Shown piece by piece: positions 1 to 13,769 of a stretch of DNA of 64,000 nt (its first letter is position 1; every line of letters begins with the position of its first letter). The position numbers were made by a program, and so were the translations under genes. The stretch comes from Eledone cirrhosa (Eukaryota). The notes beneath the pieces are model-generated. The model searched no databases. It was not told where the DNA came from and saw only the letters and a list, made by a program, of their open reading frames with translations. The stretch is from contig OZ024742.1 in the NCBI GenBank assembly GCA_964016885.1, positions 122,388,001 to 122,452,000 on the forward strand, given 5' to 3'.

Positions 1-638
1 GTTTTTAGGGATGATTTATTCCAATTATCATCTGGGTAAAAGACCTATGGAGAGGACTGGCACCATATCTTAAATACGGCTTGCCTTACGATTAAGATAC
101 ATATATCAACGAACTAGAAACACAGAGGTCTACTGCTGTAATAGACGAATTCATATGAAATATCGGTTTAGCATAATACACCAACGCAAGATGGAACAGA
201 AAAAAAATAATGAACACCTCCAATGTCTTGTAGATAAGGAAACAGAGATAAAAGTATTGCGTCAAAGCCAGAGAAAAAATGTGGAATTAATGATCAAGAT
301 TAGGTGGTACTCATTGCTGAATTAATAAGTAAACAGACACGAAAGAAAATATTAGGAAGGAATATCATTCAATTCATTAGATTAAGACGTAACATAGTCT
401 AATTTAAGTAATATAAATTAATAGACATTACTCATACAGATGTTCCTGCAATACCTTACAACAACAGTAGTCTCAATTAGGTGGAACATAAATTAGCTAG
501 AATACAGAATAGCAGGAAAAGGTAACACTGCATTTAAAATAAACTACTCACAATCATAACGATACACCGGATATAGTGACGTTAGGGCCTTCTGCATCTA
601 GAATATTACCATCAAATATGCAACACAGGACTACATTA

Positions 639-738
<100 letters not shown>

Positions 739-1182
739 TACATATATCTCTAACGTATGAACACCACAAAGGTCTGAAGCTCTCGGGAGAGATGGACAGT
801 AGAAGTTCTTCAGATAATAAAACTCGCTCAAGCAAGTGTTTCAGCCCTTAATGTCTACGCACTCTAAGTGGGCCGGGCCACATCCAGGTCATAGCATCCA
901 TAAAATGCAGTTGTTAATCAAATCAAATTGATATAAGCAGAATTAGTGTTTGGCAAACAGCTTAAAAGACCAAACAAAGAGGCAGTGGATGCAAAGTAAT
1001 TTCAATACTAGCTGAGATGAGAAGTGTTTTGTTGTAGAACACCAAAATCATTCCTTTATAAAGTAGTAACATCTACAACAAAGCAAAATATATGTAATTA
1101 CTTAATATAAGGGAATTGTGAAGAAATATTCTACGATATTCTTATGACAAGAACACAATTTCGGTTGAAGAAGGTTGCGAAG

Positions 1183-1249
1183 TAGAACTATATGAGAAGC
1201 TATATGAGCAGAACTATATGAGAACTATATGAGCAGAACTATATGAGAA
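1183..1249. repeat. Short tandem repeat of an AGAACTATATGAG(C)-like unit
   Basis: About five imperfect copies of ctatatgag with agaa/agca linkers. Confidence 0.8.
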
Positions 1250-1702
1250 TCTTTATACCATACATTCTTAGTATCGTATATTAATTTTTCTTCTTCCTAT
1301 ACGTCTTTTAATAATGTCGTTCAGAGCAGCGCGTTGAGGGAATATTCCCGTATTATGACAAGACTGTGGATGTAGGTGAAACTCCTTACAGAATTCCATA
1401 GCGGGTTTTCTGTTACGTGTATCTTTTCAGCTCAAGCCGCCGAGAGCACCAACCGGTATGCAGACATCGACGAAGAAAAAAATAGTGAATAGAATCTACT
1501 CAGTTGTTTGCTTACGAAGCTGTCGAAATATAGGTGAGGCGGTGTGGTCGAGGGAGGGCCCAATTCTAATGTAGGATGAGCTGTATATAATATTGTTCCA
1601 TTTGCTTTGGTCCGTATCATACAGAGTTACAGAGAAATCGTTACTAAACCGGATTACCAATGCCATCTTCGTTTGTTGATACACATTTAGCTCGGCTATG
1701 TT

Positions 1703-1860
1703 TTGGAGGATATCATAAACGCTAGTAGGATTGTGAATGATAGAGAAATATGGACTGACAATGCCATGTCAGAAGTGGCAGAGGATAAACAAAAAAAATC
1801 AAAAGATTTTTTAGACTACTATATAGACTACTAATAGCTACTATAAAACATATTCTACGA
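1703..1860 (+). repeat. Dispersed duplicate (copy 1) resembling the 3' end of an RTE-type LINE
   Basis: ggaggatatcataaacgctagt...agaagtggcagaggataaa recurs at about 3079-3203. It translates EDIINASRIVNDREIW, similar to the NDRExW end of RTE-type ORFs. Confidence 0.55.
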
Positions 1861-3078
1861 ATTTATTAAATTCTCCGTTTCTTAGAAATATTGGATACGC
1901 ATCTATGCCGTGTAGTTTAGTGATTTAGCAAATAATAATCTATTAAATAAATATCTGAATCAAATTAATACTGGAGCCTATATGATGACTTAGGATTCTC
2001 AAGTCCGTTGACCAGCAACTGGATCCATTAAAAGAATAACGCTATAAAATCATAATAGAAATGTTTATACTCTCTCTCCCCCTCCTCTATCCCTCCCACT
2101 CCCCTCTCCCTACCCTCTCCCCTACATCTCTCTCTCTGATTAAGAAGTCGTAAGAATCTTATATAAACCTCTCAGCGTTGGATTATTACTACATGCAGGA
2201 GTAAATCTGTTTCAATGCAACGAGATTAATGGTGATGATGACGAGGCTGCTGCTGCTGATGATGATGATGATGACGATACTTTTAGCAATTCCAAATCTT
2301 GTGGGAAGATGTTATAAAATGCAATAATATAATTATATGGTATTAATTAGCAGTAGCTCTAACATAGATTTTGCAAATAACATTTGTATATCAGGATTTA
2401 GAATGATGATCAAGGACATTGACTCACTCTATACATTATTATAAGCTATTAGCTTATTTAACTATAGAAACCGGTGAATAAACTTTGTTGGCGAAGGATA
2501 ATGTTCCTGAAATAATAATATTTTGCATTTCCACATAGCTACTGAGGTAGCTATGATATGATCACACTTTAAAATACCACCAGCGAGACTTGTGCATGCT
2601 TATTATATACAAACGTATGGTATATATTTCCATATATGGCTGGATATTAATATAACAATAAATATATCAGTAACTGTTTTATTCCATATAAGTCACTATA
2701 CACCATAATTGAAATACGTTTGATAATTGACGAGTATTGTACTCTTTGATCAATGATGAATCACTTATTTCAGTGTATAATCTGTTTTCCCAAGGTATTT
2801 TCTAATATTCCGGATTGGATGTAAAAAGGATGCCATACGTTAATGGTAAATTTCGCGAGGGATTAAATCTACCAACATTGTAGGCTACGTCGGGATTTGA
2901 ACTCAAAACGCAAACAGGCGGAACAAGTATCAGCATTGTACCACGTCTGCAAATCCACCGTTATCCTATTTTATTAACACCGAAAGGCTTTGAACCCTGT
3001 GCAAAGATACAACAAATGGCACTAAAATTTCGCTGCCTATTTGAAATAGAAATTCGAAATAGAATTATCGGATATAAA

Positions 3079-3203
3079 TTGGAGGATGTCATAAACGCTA
3101 GTACGATTGTAAATGATAGAGAAATATGGACTGACAATGCCATGCCAGAAGTGGCAGAGGATAAATAAAAAATAACAAAAGATTTTTAAAACATATTCTA
3201 CGA
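3079..3203 (+). repeat. Dispersed duplicate (copy 2) of 1703-1860
   Basis: High identity to copy 1, including the downstream aaaagattttt...acatattctacga. Confidence 0.7.
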
Positions 3204-3240
3204 TTCACATATTTCTCGGAGACAACAACATCCATTTATT

Positions 3241-3427
3241 AATAATTGTTTCTACTTTAGGCACAAAGCCAGCAAATACCCAGTGCATTACTGGTACTTT
3301 ATTTTATCGACCTCGTAAGGATGAAAGGCAAAGTCAACCTCGGCGGGATTTGAACTCAGATCGTAAAGGGACGTAACTATGCTGGAAAGCATGGCGTCCG
3401 ACCCTCTACCGATACTGCCAATCCACC
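3241..3427 (-). mobile_element. tRNA-derived SINE, family 1
   Basis: Reverse strand has an A-box-like TGGCAGTATCGG, a B-box GAGTTCAAATCC, the body ctttgcctttcatccttacg...ataaaataagtaccag and the tail gtagaaacaattatt. Many copies occur in the window. Confidence 0.9.
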
Positions 3428-6082
3428 AATTTATTAATAATGCGGCGATTAACCATAAAACTTAAAGCTGTAATTGAATTACGAGTTAAGAGAACTTTAA
3501 AGATAAAGAACACATAGAGAGATTTATGAAAATTCGGGTCAGAATTAGTAATAAGTGTTGTAATATTTATGACTTTTGAATTATTCTGATTTCTGTTTTA
3601 CGTTTAGTGTCATTTCTGCAATTAGAGCAAAATTGTTTTAATTACATTCTCAAATTTCTACTCGGGAATCTTTCTTTTTTCCTTTTAGAATGTCGGAACT
3701 ATCTGTAAAATACATGTGTAGAATTTGTTTTTGTTTCTTGTTTACTAATAAAATCCACATAACATTTTTATTCACGCTCCATATGATCTTTATGAGACAA
3801 TTGAAAGAAATGTCATGTATGTAGAATGCATCAGTGTATCACAAATGACTTATATAAACAAAAGAAATGCTATTGCATTAAAAGAATATGTGCATATTAC
3901 AACGACAGAATATTTCTAAATGAGTTACCGTTTAGTAGGCAAAAGAAACAAAGAAACCACTTTTACAATATAGTCGTGATTGAATAAGTTTATGACTACA
4001 ACATATTAAGATTGGAGCCAGTCTAGTTAAACATTTCATTCTTTCGTCGCCATTGGTTCGCATTTGCCATGTAATGCGACATTTATAACCCCTTTGGGAC
4101 TTGACACAAGTTCTGAATTTCTAAAATCCAACATATTTCCTTCAGAATAATATGATTTATAATTGTGTATACATAGTACTGTTTTGGAAGTGTAACACTC
4201 AGCATGAATTAATGTTTTGAATCGTGTCCAATTCGTAATTTGTTTTATCGAAATGTAATATATATATTACTGAAAATGTATTATAATATTGTCTGTCATA
4301 TAATCTTCTGGGTCACATAAATTCAACCCCATAAAGAATAATTTCTTCCAAGCCGTACGAATGGCAACGATCATGGAAAATCGGTAAGCTTTAACTTATA
4401 CAGTGGAGTGTGTTGAAAACATTTGATTCACTGAAAATATATAGGCAACTGTTGGACAATATCCCTCTCCAGATCTGCTGAAAATCTGAATATAACGTGC
4501 AATGAAGATAACTTACAAACGAAGCTTAGCTATATGAATTATTGGGAATATAACATAAAATCTTGTATTAAGATTCCAACTATTGAAAGCATTGAACATT
4601 CTTGATTTGCTACACCTGCGAAACCTATTCTAATAATCTGGGTAGATTTAGGATCAATCCATATGGAGTGGGGAACAGAACGGACTTGATATCGTTGAGT
4701 ACGAATAAGAGCAATATGACTGGAGGGAAATATTTAAAAGGAACATTCTGCAAACAAAATGCATGTAAGGCAACATATACAGGTATGACTGTGAGTTTCA
4801 AAATATACATTTTCTGGGAGTAAGCATAAAATTAGTAGACAAATTCACCGTTTGATATGTGTTCTAATTTTAAAAATTCTTAAAACAAGAATTAACAGAA
4901 ATAATCCGAATATAATCAACTGATTGTTTTGGATCTTGTTTTAAAATTCATACCGGCAAATCAAAGGCATGTTTCATTCATATTAAACCTCATTCCTGTG
5001 TACTGGAGATGTCTAAAAGGACATACGTATTTCTAGTAATGAAAGACAAATTGTTCTACATCTAATCTGCCACTTAGACCTGCACCTAATGTGTTTTTAT
5101 GAGTCTAGTTGAACTGGGCAAATTTAGAGTAGTTTTTCTGCTAATACTTTGATAAGAACCATTAAAATATCATAGAGAATACAATAAACCATTAATTCAT
5201 ACAATAGCAATACTGATCTTTGAACCACAGCGTTGAAACTCTAATAATGAACGTGTAACGGATAAGACTGTTTAGTTTCATATATTAGGTAGGGTTCAAT
5301 TCATACGAAGATTCGGTAAACAACTTGTTCCGTTTTGTGAATTGAATGCATTTTAAAATCCATATTGAGGTAATTATGTATAACTTAGTTGCTTTCATTC
5401 ATGATAGATATCAGCATCAAAGATTTCATGTCCTCAAGTCAATATTTAATTTTAAATGTAAGAATCATATACAAATAATTGATATGACTTCTATTTGGAT
5501 ATCGAAAGCCATAACACTAATGACATTGCTACATACTCCTGGGCATTTTAAATCCCTCTCACTTAGCTTGCGAATGTCTCTCTCATATATATATATACAT
5601 AACGATAAACACATAAAAGTACATCTGCAGGTGTATACCAAACCACTGGCACCTACATGCATGTATAGATATATAGTATATCCGTATCAGTATATTTGTT
5701 TTTTGATGTTGTTTTGTAATCCCAATATAAATATACTATATATATTAATCGTAATGAGTCGATATACCTGCTCACATTACAATGACTTAAATTGGAACAT
5801 ATTTGCCCTAAAGTATATACAAACTATTTAATGGATGATGTTTGAAATTACCGTCTATCCTCAGTTTGGGAAGCTTTCAATTAAAATTATCCCACGAGAA
5901 ACAAATCAAGATATTTCAAAGCAGATATATACAGATAATATAGTAGATATAATGGAGAAATTTCAAACCATTAAGCAATAGTACTACAGCTACTGCTTAT
6001 ATTCCAAAGACATACAATACACTATATAAATTTAGAGAGAGATAGGGAAGAACAAGAATGAGATAGATGGTGAGATTGATAG

Positions 6083-6163
<81 letters not shown>
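6083..6163. repeat. Compound (CA)n(TA)n microsatellite
   Basis: Seen directly. Confidence 0.95.
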
Positions 6164-6168
<5 letters not shown>

Positions 6169-6633
6169 GGGTGTCTATGCAACAGTAAACGAGAAAAGAG
6201 TGGTGAGGTATCCGTAAAAATATATGTATACTCTCTAGTTAACGCGTGATTTTCTGTATAAGGGGAACACATTCGATTTCAAAATACAGCAAGTATGTGA
6301 TCGATTTCACTGAACTGCGTGTGTGTGTGTGTGTGTTCGCGCGCGTGTGTGTGTGGGGGGGGGGGGGGGGGGTGAGTGTGTGTGCATAAATGAAAGAGCA
6401 CGAAGAGGAGATTCAGATCCTGTAATCATAGTAGTAAAATAGCAAATCTGTTTACAAATTGCATCAAATCAGCTGATGTCCCCTGCAGATAGGCCAATGC
6501 CTTCATTATATGTTTAAACAAATTAGATGACGTTATTGATATTAAAATCCCCTGTCTTAGACATCAATCAATAAATCACGGTAGTAACCTGTGTTCAACC
6601 ACGGGTTATAACAACCGTCAATTTGCAGTTCAT

Positions 6634-6784
6634 GGTGAATTGGCAGTATTGGTAGAGCGTCAGACATGTCCCTTTACGATCAGAGTTCAAATTCCGCCGA
6701 TGTTAACTACGGGGTCGATAAAATAAAGTACCAGTAATGCACTGGGTAATTATTGGCCTTGTGGCAAAAATAGAAACAGTTATT
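6634..6784 (+). mobile_element. SINE family 1, internally deleted copy
   Basis: ggtgaattggcagtattggtagag...gagttcaaattccgccg...ggggtcgataaaataaagtaccag...tagaaacagttatt. Confidence 0.85.
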
Positions 6785-6929
6785 GATATTAACATCAGCT
6801 GCATTTGTAATTGGCATCATTGCTTAAACATGGCAATAACACCCCTGTCTTAGACACCAATCAATCAATCACGGTAGCAACCTGTGTTCAACCACGGGTT
6901 ATAACAACCGTCAATTTGCAGTTCATGAC

Positions 6930-7790
6930 CCAAAGAATTCGGGAATATCAGGAATATAGATAACGAATTTGTTTAGGCTTTCCTGGTTATTAGAAAGCCT
7001 TCGATACGATAGAATTTCCAGCTGTAATGGAAACTCTTATTGATAAGACGATACATCAGACTTATATGCAAATTATTTAAAGAATTATAAAAGAATCTAT
7101 AATAGGTATACGCCAACTGTACAACTTTACACTGAAAGTAAATATATTGAAAAAGGAGTAAGTTCAGAAGATAAAAAAAGACTCAAAATAAGGAAGACAT
7201 CTTGAAAACATTTAATTGACGAGAAAGAGCATTAAAATTAAATGCTGAAATTTAAAATCATTTCTGATTTGCTGGTGACAAAGACCTCTTCTTGAATGTT
7301 GACTATGAATTTGAACAAATATTAAATCAACTGAATATTCAAAATAAAATGATAAGGCTATCGGTAAACCAAATTTCATGTGAAACATCCATGCAATAAT
7401 TACATAAATGTCACGCATGATGCTATAATAAATAGTGATATATTTGTTTCTATTCGCCAAATGATTAAAGAGGAAAACGGCCCTATAGTTAAAGTAAAAA
7501 GACAAATGCAAGAGAGGTAACATTGGCAAGTATATTATACCAGATAAGACACATGGAATGGACAAAGGGCCGATAACAAAAATATGGAAGTGTAAGAATT
7601 AAGGAAATATACATATTAACAATCAGAAGAAAGTCCAGAATAGCATGTTAACTGATAAATATACATCATTAAACATAGTAAGAAATGAAATAGACGTGAT
7701 AACAGATAAACAAAGCTACGTACAGAATTGTGAACAAAAGTGACAGTTCCATGTGGTGGAAGAAGACAGATAACTACATGGTGTCAAGAG
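6930..7790 (+). pseudogene. Heavily degraded RTE-clade LINE reverse transcriptase fragment
   Basis: Frameshifted remnants such as LCLGF..Y*KAFDTIEFPAVMETL and IEKGVSSED resemble the DxxKAFD and GVRQGD RT motifs. Confidence 0.5.
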
Positions 7791-7904
7791 CTGGATAGGT
7801 TTATGGACGTACATTGAATGAGGGTACCCATATAAAACTTAATACCAGCTTCTATAGCACTTTGATATATTGCAGAAACATATTGTGTAAGAATGATAAT
7901 GAAA

Positions 7905-7992
7905 AATAATTGCTTCTCCTTTTGACATAGTAATAATCCCAGTGCGTTACTGGTACTTAATTTTATCAAACCCGTAAGGATGAAAGGCAAAG
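7905..7992 (-). mobile_element. SINE family 1, 3' fragment
   Basis: ttactggtacttaattttatcaaacccgtaaggatgaaaggcaaag. Confidence 0.75.
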
Positions 7993-8237
7993 ATAATAAA
8001 AATGTGCAAAAAGCAACGTAATACGTGTGTAAGTTTGTATGGGCGTGCTTGTGTCTGTGACAGAAGTTTCGTGGCTTAATCGACCGGATATTGTTACCAA
8101 CGTGAGAAGACCCATATCCCCTACCCACCCAAGATCGAAATATCAGTGTCAAATATGATAACGTGTCTATAAGGAGCGAATAAACTCTACAAATAGCTAT
8201 ATTTGAAAACAATGTTAAAGTTAATGCAGGAACTGAT

Positions 8238-8257
8238 ACTATAAAAAAAAATACACA

Positions 8258-8325
<68 letters not shown>

Positions 8326-8335
8326 GTAGTAGTAG

Positions 8336-8378
<43 letters not shown>

Positions 8379-8379
8379 G

Positions 8380-8416
<37 letters not shown>

Positions 8417-8431
8417 GAATAATAATAATAA
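8238..8431. repeat. Compound (TAC)n / (TAG)n / (TAC)n / (TAA)n microsatellite
   Basis: Seen directly. It explains the poly-V/L/S/I ORFs. Confidence 0.95.
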
Positions 8432-8859
8432 AACGCACGTGGTGGATAGAAGGTCATGAAATCGCTCCCGTAAGTTTTTGATTTTTAACATATTTAAATC
8501 AATTGTGAAATAACAATTCTTAGTACAAATGATACATAAAGCACCAGACTCAACTATCAGAAAATTGGGATCCATAATATTCTGTTATATCGCTCAAATA
8601 TTTAATTTTGTATTATACATTTTATATTCAAAAAAGACTACACTATATAGAACAGCCAAATAACAGCAATTTCACCAACACCACCACCAATCCCAGCATA
8701 ATAATAATAATTACTATTATTATTGTCTCAAGTTTTCACAAAATGCTTAATTCCAATATTAAATAAATATGTCAACACATATATTAAACATACGCGACAA
8801 ACCGCATAGATACACCGATCAAACAAACTACAGTCTATTAAAAAAAACTCAGTAACGAC

Positions 8860-9380
8860 AACGCCATCACTATAGTCACCGCCGCCACCACTCCATCCAT
8901 CATTGCTACCACTATCCCATCACCGCCGCCACCACTCCTGCATTGCTACCACCGCTATTCCCCCATTACCTTCTGTTAACTTACGAAAGGGGAAGGTGGC
9001 GGTATCACAAGACAATATTAATATTTAATTTTGGATCAGGAATGTTAGAGTCGAAAAGGAGGAAAATGGCAAAATGACTAAATAGCTAAATAGGTAAATG
9101 GCTAAGTGGACAGAGAAGATAATTTCACCACCAACACCACCACCACTACCACGCTAAAATCTCTAGTCAAGTTACCTCAACTTCTATTTCTACTTCAACT
9201 TCAACACCATCACTACAGTACTACGATCACATCGCCACCACCACTGCCCCATTATTGCTACCGTCGCTATTCTCTCCCACTACCTCTTGCTAAGTACTAC
9301 TAGTACAGCACCACCACCACCACCACCACTGCCTCATTATCACTACCGCCGCTATTCTCTCCCACTATCTCCTGCTAAGA
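8860..9380. repeat. Degenerate CAC/CCA-rich minisatellite blocks
   Basis: caccgccgccaccactc...cattgctacc...gctattc recurs at about 8877-8975 and 9225-9378. Confidence 0.6.
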
Positions 9381-9719
9381 CATGCATCGTAGTGTCCCCA
9401 CTAAAAGAGGAAGGCATCAACATATATAAATAGACTGATTTGATGACCCGGTCAAAAAATAAAAAAAAACAAAAATCAAAATCAAAGCAGCATAGAACAA
9501 CGAAAAACGTAAAGAAAAGAAAAATGAAAAGAAAAACAAACAGACGGACAGAGAAGGGAAGGGAAAAACTAAGTCAGACATTCAAACATTACATTACAAT
9601 GAAACTTATGTTTATTATTTTTTTTGTTTTGCCTGTTTGTTTGTTTATTTATGTTCGTCTACAGCGTAATAGTGCCACACAAAAATCACCGGGAGTGATG
9701 AAATCACTGGTCGTTATGT

Positions 9720-12529
9720 AACCATACATTCACCAATCCTCGATAAGAGTGTTTAAATGTCGAACCTAAACAGTTCGAATAACGGTGAAGTGGAGATTAG
9801 AATGTCATGTGACAGACTCTCACCCAGCAGGTGCTCCCTGTCTCAGCAGCAGGGACCTGGCTGTCAACCAAATACTGCTGGTGTCGGAGGAAGAAGAAGA
9901 AGGAAAGGGACCAGAACCAACTGGACGAAATAATTGAATAGAACTGTTACGCAATGTTACCTGAAGAGTAACCCCAAGGAGAAAGGCTATAGGAAACGGA
10001 TGCATAACATCTGGAACGAGATTGGTCTATTTAAATTAGATGAACAAAAATTGGCCGGGCAGGCTCGGGTAATAAGAACTAATGGGTGGATAAGCGAGCT
10101 GGAACTGGAGAAACTGAGCAGAGAGATTAGCTTGGAAATGGAGAGTGGAGTATGCCAGGCAAACGAGCCAGTGGGAAATGAAGGTGAAGAGTTGAGAGAA
10201 CGGAGGAACCATCCGAAGCAGACAATGATCTGAATGCTGAAATAAATAATACCTGGAACAAAGATACGGCGATTGAGGAGATGAATGCTGACGGGATAAA
10301 GACAAGATTTGGTTGATATCCTAAACTTAGTGGTAGATGAATTGAACAATGATAGTGGGAAACCTATGAACCTAAGATTTGTAGACAGGAAAAAGTTAAA
10401 AGAAACAACAGCTAAGGTAAACAAAGTAATCCCATACCTTGAGGCGGGGAGCCTTCACCAGTGCAACAATATCCGCAAATGCGGTGAGGAAATTACTTGG
10501 TATAAAAGCGAGAGGAAACAACAAACAAGAAAGATCCGAGCCTTGGTGGAAGAAACGACTGAGTGGTCAAATCAGGGAAATGTGAAATGACATTGGAAAG
10601 CTTGAGTCACTACTGAATGGGACATTAAAAAACATAGACACTAAAAATAGACTGAAAATAAAGTACAAAACTAGGAGGAAAATGCTAAATATTATCATAG
10701 AGGAACTGAAGCAACGCATTGTAGCAAAGAGTGCAAAAATTAGGCGATACGAGAGCAGAGTCAGTCAGTACAGACAGAACCGCATGTTGGACAACAACCA
10801 GAAGATGCTGTTTGGACAGCTTGAAGGGAAAGAAAGAGGCAACGACTTGATCCCTGAGGCGGAACAAGCTAAAACATTCTGGAGAGGAATATGGGAGCAG
10901 GATGTTAAACATAATGACCTGGCAGTGTGGATTGAGACAGTACAGAAGGAGATTAGTGAACAGGCACACCAACAAACTGATTTGAGCATCACAGTTGAAA
11001 CTCTTAAGGGCAGACCAAGAAACTAACCAACTGGAAATCATCAGGTCCAGATGGAGTGCATGGGTATTGGATTAAAAATATAACATCCCTCCACCCGAAA
11101 CTGACAACCATGTTCAATGACTGCTTGATTTCAGGTGAGGTACCGAGTGGTTGACAAAAGGTACCACAGTTCTGGTAATGAAAAACCGAATCAAGGGTAA
11201 TGAATAGACCTATCACATGTTTGTCCGTAATGTGGAAAGTGTTGACAAGCATTATGTCTGAGGAATTCTACCATCACCTCCACACAAACAACTTGTTACC
11301 GGACGAACAGAAAGGATGCCGAAAGAAGTCTCGTGGTACAAAGGACCAGTTACTTATTGATAAGATGGTAATGAGGAATTGCAAGAGTAGACACACTGGT
11401 CTTGCGATGGGATGGATAGACTACAAAAAGGCATTTGACATGGTGCCTCATTCTTGGATCACCAAAAGCCTAGAGATCTTCAAGTTGGCAGATAACATCA
11501 GACAGTTGTTGGGCAAAAGTATGAAGTCCTGGGAAACAGAGTTAACATCAGCTGGAGAATCCTTAGGAGGCGTGAAGATCAAGAGAAGTATCTTGAAGGA
11601 GGATAGTCTGTCCCCTCTGTTGTTTGTCCTTGCCTTGATGCCCCTGACAATTATACTGCGAAAAGTGAGAGCAGGATACAAGTTGGGAAAGGGAGAGCTT
11701 ACCATCAATCACCTCCTCTTCATAGACGATCTTAAGCTCTTCGGGAAGAGTGAGAAGGATTTGGATGTGCTTGTTGACACTGACCGTATTTTCAACAATG
11801 ATATATGTATGCAATTTGGTATTAGTAAGTGTGGAGTCCTTGTGATGAAGAGGGGTAAATTGAGCAGAAGCAAGGGAATCCAGGTACCAACAGGGGAGAT
11901 GATAAAGGAAATTGACACTGAAGAAGGATACAAGTATTTGGGTGTTCTGGAGGCTGATAACCTCAAGAACAAGAAAATGAAGGAATTGATAAGAACTGAA
12001 TACATTCGGAGAGTTAGGAGCTTATTAAAGTCATATCTGAACAGTAGGAATGCCATAACTGCAGTAAATTCCCGAGCTGTGTCTATTATTAGGTACAGTG
12101 TGGGAATTCTGATACGGAATGTTGCTGAACAAAAAGAAATGGATAGGAAGACTAGAAGGCTATTGACTATCTATAACATGTTCCACAAGAGGAGTGATGT
12201 CGATAGACTCTACTTAAGGATACCAGGACTTAAAGTGGGAGTTAAAAAGGATTTGGGACTGCCTTGAAATCAATGTCGTCCGATTGTTATTAGTGCAATA
12301 GGTACTATCTCAAAGATTTTCCAAGGATGGTTAAAGAAGATTAGTCCAACCCCGCTTTTTGGAACACTTCAAAAGGCATGCTTGCTGGGAACAGCCTGAA
12401 CCCTCCGATACGTCCTGAATATCTGAGGCTGCAGGTAGCGGCTTGATATTTATTTCAACAAACCTTCCAGTTAAATAACCTCAATGACTGACACTCAAAG
12501 AACAATAATAATAAAAAATAATAATAATA
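9720..12529 (+). mobile_element. R4/Dong-clade non-LTR retrotransposon (restriction-like endonuclease type), disrupted and internally deleted
   Basis: N-terminal GYRKRMHNIW...EQKLAGQARVI. RT motifs [61 protein letters not shown]-terminal [12 protein letters not shown]...LQKACLLGTA. (TAA)n tail at 12504-12529. Multiple stops and frameshifts. The 5' boundary is approximate. Confidence 0.9.
11200..12267 (+). pseudogene. Largest open segment of the R4/Dong reverse transcriptase
   Basis: 355-aa ORF carrying the RT motifs listed above. The QGD motif has decayed to KED. Confidence 0.9.
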
Positions 12530-12530
12530 T

Positions 12531-12631
12531 AAATTGTTGCTACTTTTGGCACAAGGCCAGCAATTATCCATGTGCATTACTGGTACTTTATTTTATCGAA
12601 CCTGTAACGATGAAAGGCAGAGTTAACCTCG
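12531..12631 (-). mobile_element. SINE family 1, 3' half
   Basis: ttttggcacaaggccagcaatt...gatgaaaggcagagttaacctcg. Confidence 0.85.
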
Positions 12632-12653
12632 ATAAATAATGGTAATAGTAATC

Positions 12654-12848
12654 AATAATAATTGTTTCTACTTTTGGCACAAGGCCAGCAATTATCCAGT
12701 ACATTACTGGTACTTTATTTTATCGACTCCGTAACGATGAAAGGCAAAGTTAACCTCGGTGTGATTTGAACTCATAATGGCAAGGGCCGTAACTCTATGC
12801 GTCAAAGCATGGCGTACGACCCTCTACCGATACTGCCAATCCACCGCC
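12654..12848 (-). mobile_element. SINE family 1, full length
   Basis: A and B boxes, body and tail present on the minus strand. Confidence 0.9.
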
Positions 12849-13186
12849 CTTAATCAATAATAATAATGGTGATGATAATATTAACATAAATAACTGTAAT
12901 GTCATTTCTGCGAATAACGTATTCAGTATTAACATTAAAGGTGAAATGTCATTTATTCACTATTTAATGAGAGTGATGAAGATGACACCATTTCCTAACA
13001 TATCAGTGGTCAGTATGAAGCGAACTTTCTGGGAGCTATCAAAGATCGTTAATTTTAATAAAATTGTCATAATTGGCAGTATGCTCCGTCAATATATGTC
13101 AGGTAATCAAATTTACCTTGTCAGAATTTTGAAGCCTAAGGTCTTCTCTTTATAGGTATTGAAGGTAATTTAAGTAATTATTTTAT

Positions 13187-13189
<3 letters not shown>

Positions 13190-13257
<68 letters not shown>
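13190..13257. repeat. (TA)n microsatellite
   Basis: Seen directly. Confidence 0.95.
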
Positions 13258-13259
<2 letters not shown>

Positions 13260-13416
13260 CTATATTTGGGGATTAGTCAAATTAATGATAAAAATAAAAT
13301 GAAAATTATACTGTGTGTTTTCTTGGCAATACTGGCAATATTACCAGCCCCAAATCAAATACGTAAACGTACACACACCTATACATACACACCCACCCAC
13401 TCAAACCTCCCCCCCC

Positions 13417-13464
<48 letters not shown>

Positions 13465-13585
13465 TTGGGAGGGAGAGAGATACTTCTATCTTAGCCAATA
13501 AATATTCTTTCACCGAAAAATTTGGCCTTTTTTCCTTTCCATGGAATTAGAGTAAACTCTCCATATTATTATTATTTAAACATAA

Positions 13586-13769
13586 GGGCTGTGGATTGGC
13601 AGTATCGATGGAAGGTCGGACGCCATGTTTCCAGCATAGTTACGTCCCTTTACGATCTGAGTTCAAATCCCGCCGAGGTTCACTTTGCCTTTCATCCTTA
13701 CGGGGTCGATAAAATAAAGTACCAGTGGTTTATTTGCTGGCCTTGTGCCAAAAGTAGAAACAATTATTA
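13586..13769 (+). mobile_element. SINE family 1, full length
   Basis: gtggattggcagtatcg...gagttcaaatcccgccgagg...ccttgtgccaaaagtagaaacaattatt. Confidence 0.9.

Noticed and set aside
825-892. Hammerhead-like motif on the minus strand (ctggatgtggccc...gggctgaaac)
   Set aside because: The core box is not CUGANGA and stem I is not convincing.
4300-4823. Possible host exon (LICYTC..., superficially like a Ly6 or FN3 domain)
   Set aside because: Stops occur in the candidate frames and there is no consistent Cys pattern. Pieces such as KNNFFQAV fit a decayed RTE-type C-terminus better.
7784-8575. 263-aa ORF, and similar IYIY/THTH/RERE/poly-K ORFs elsewhere
   Set aside because: They stay open only because they run through microsatellites.
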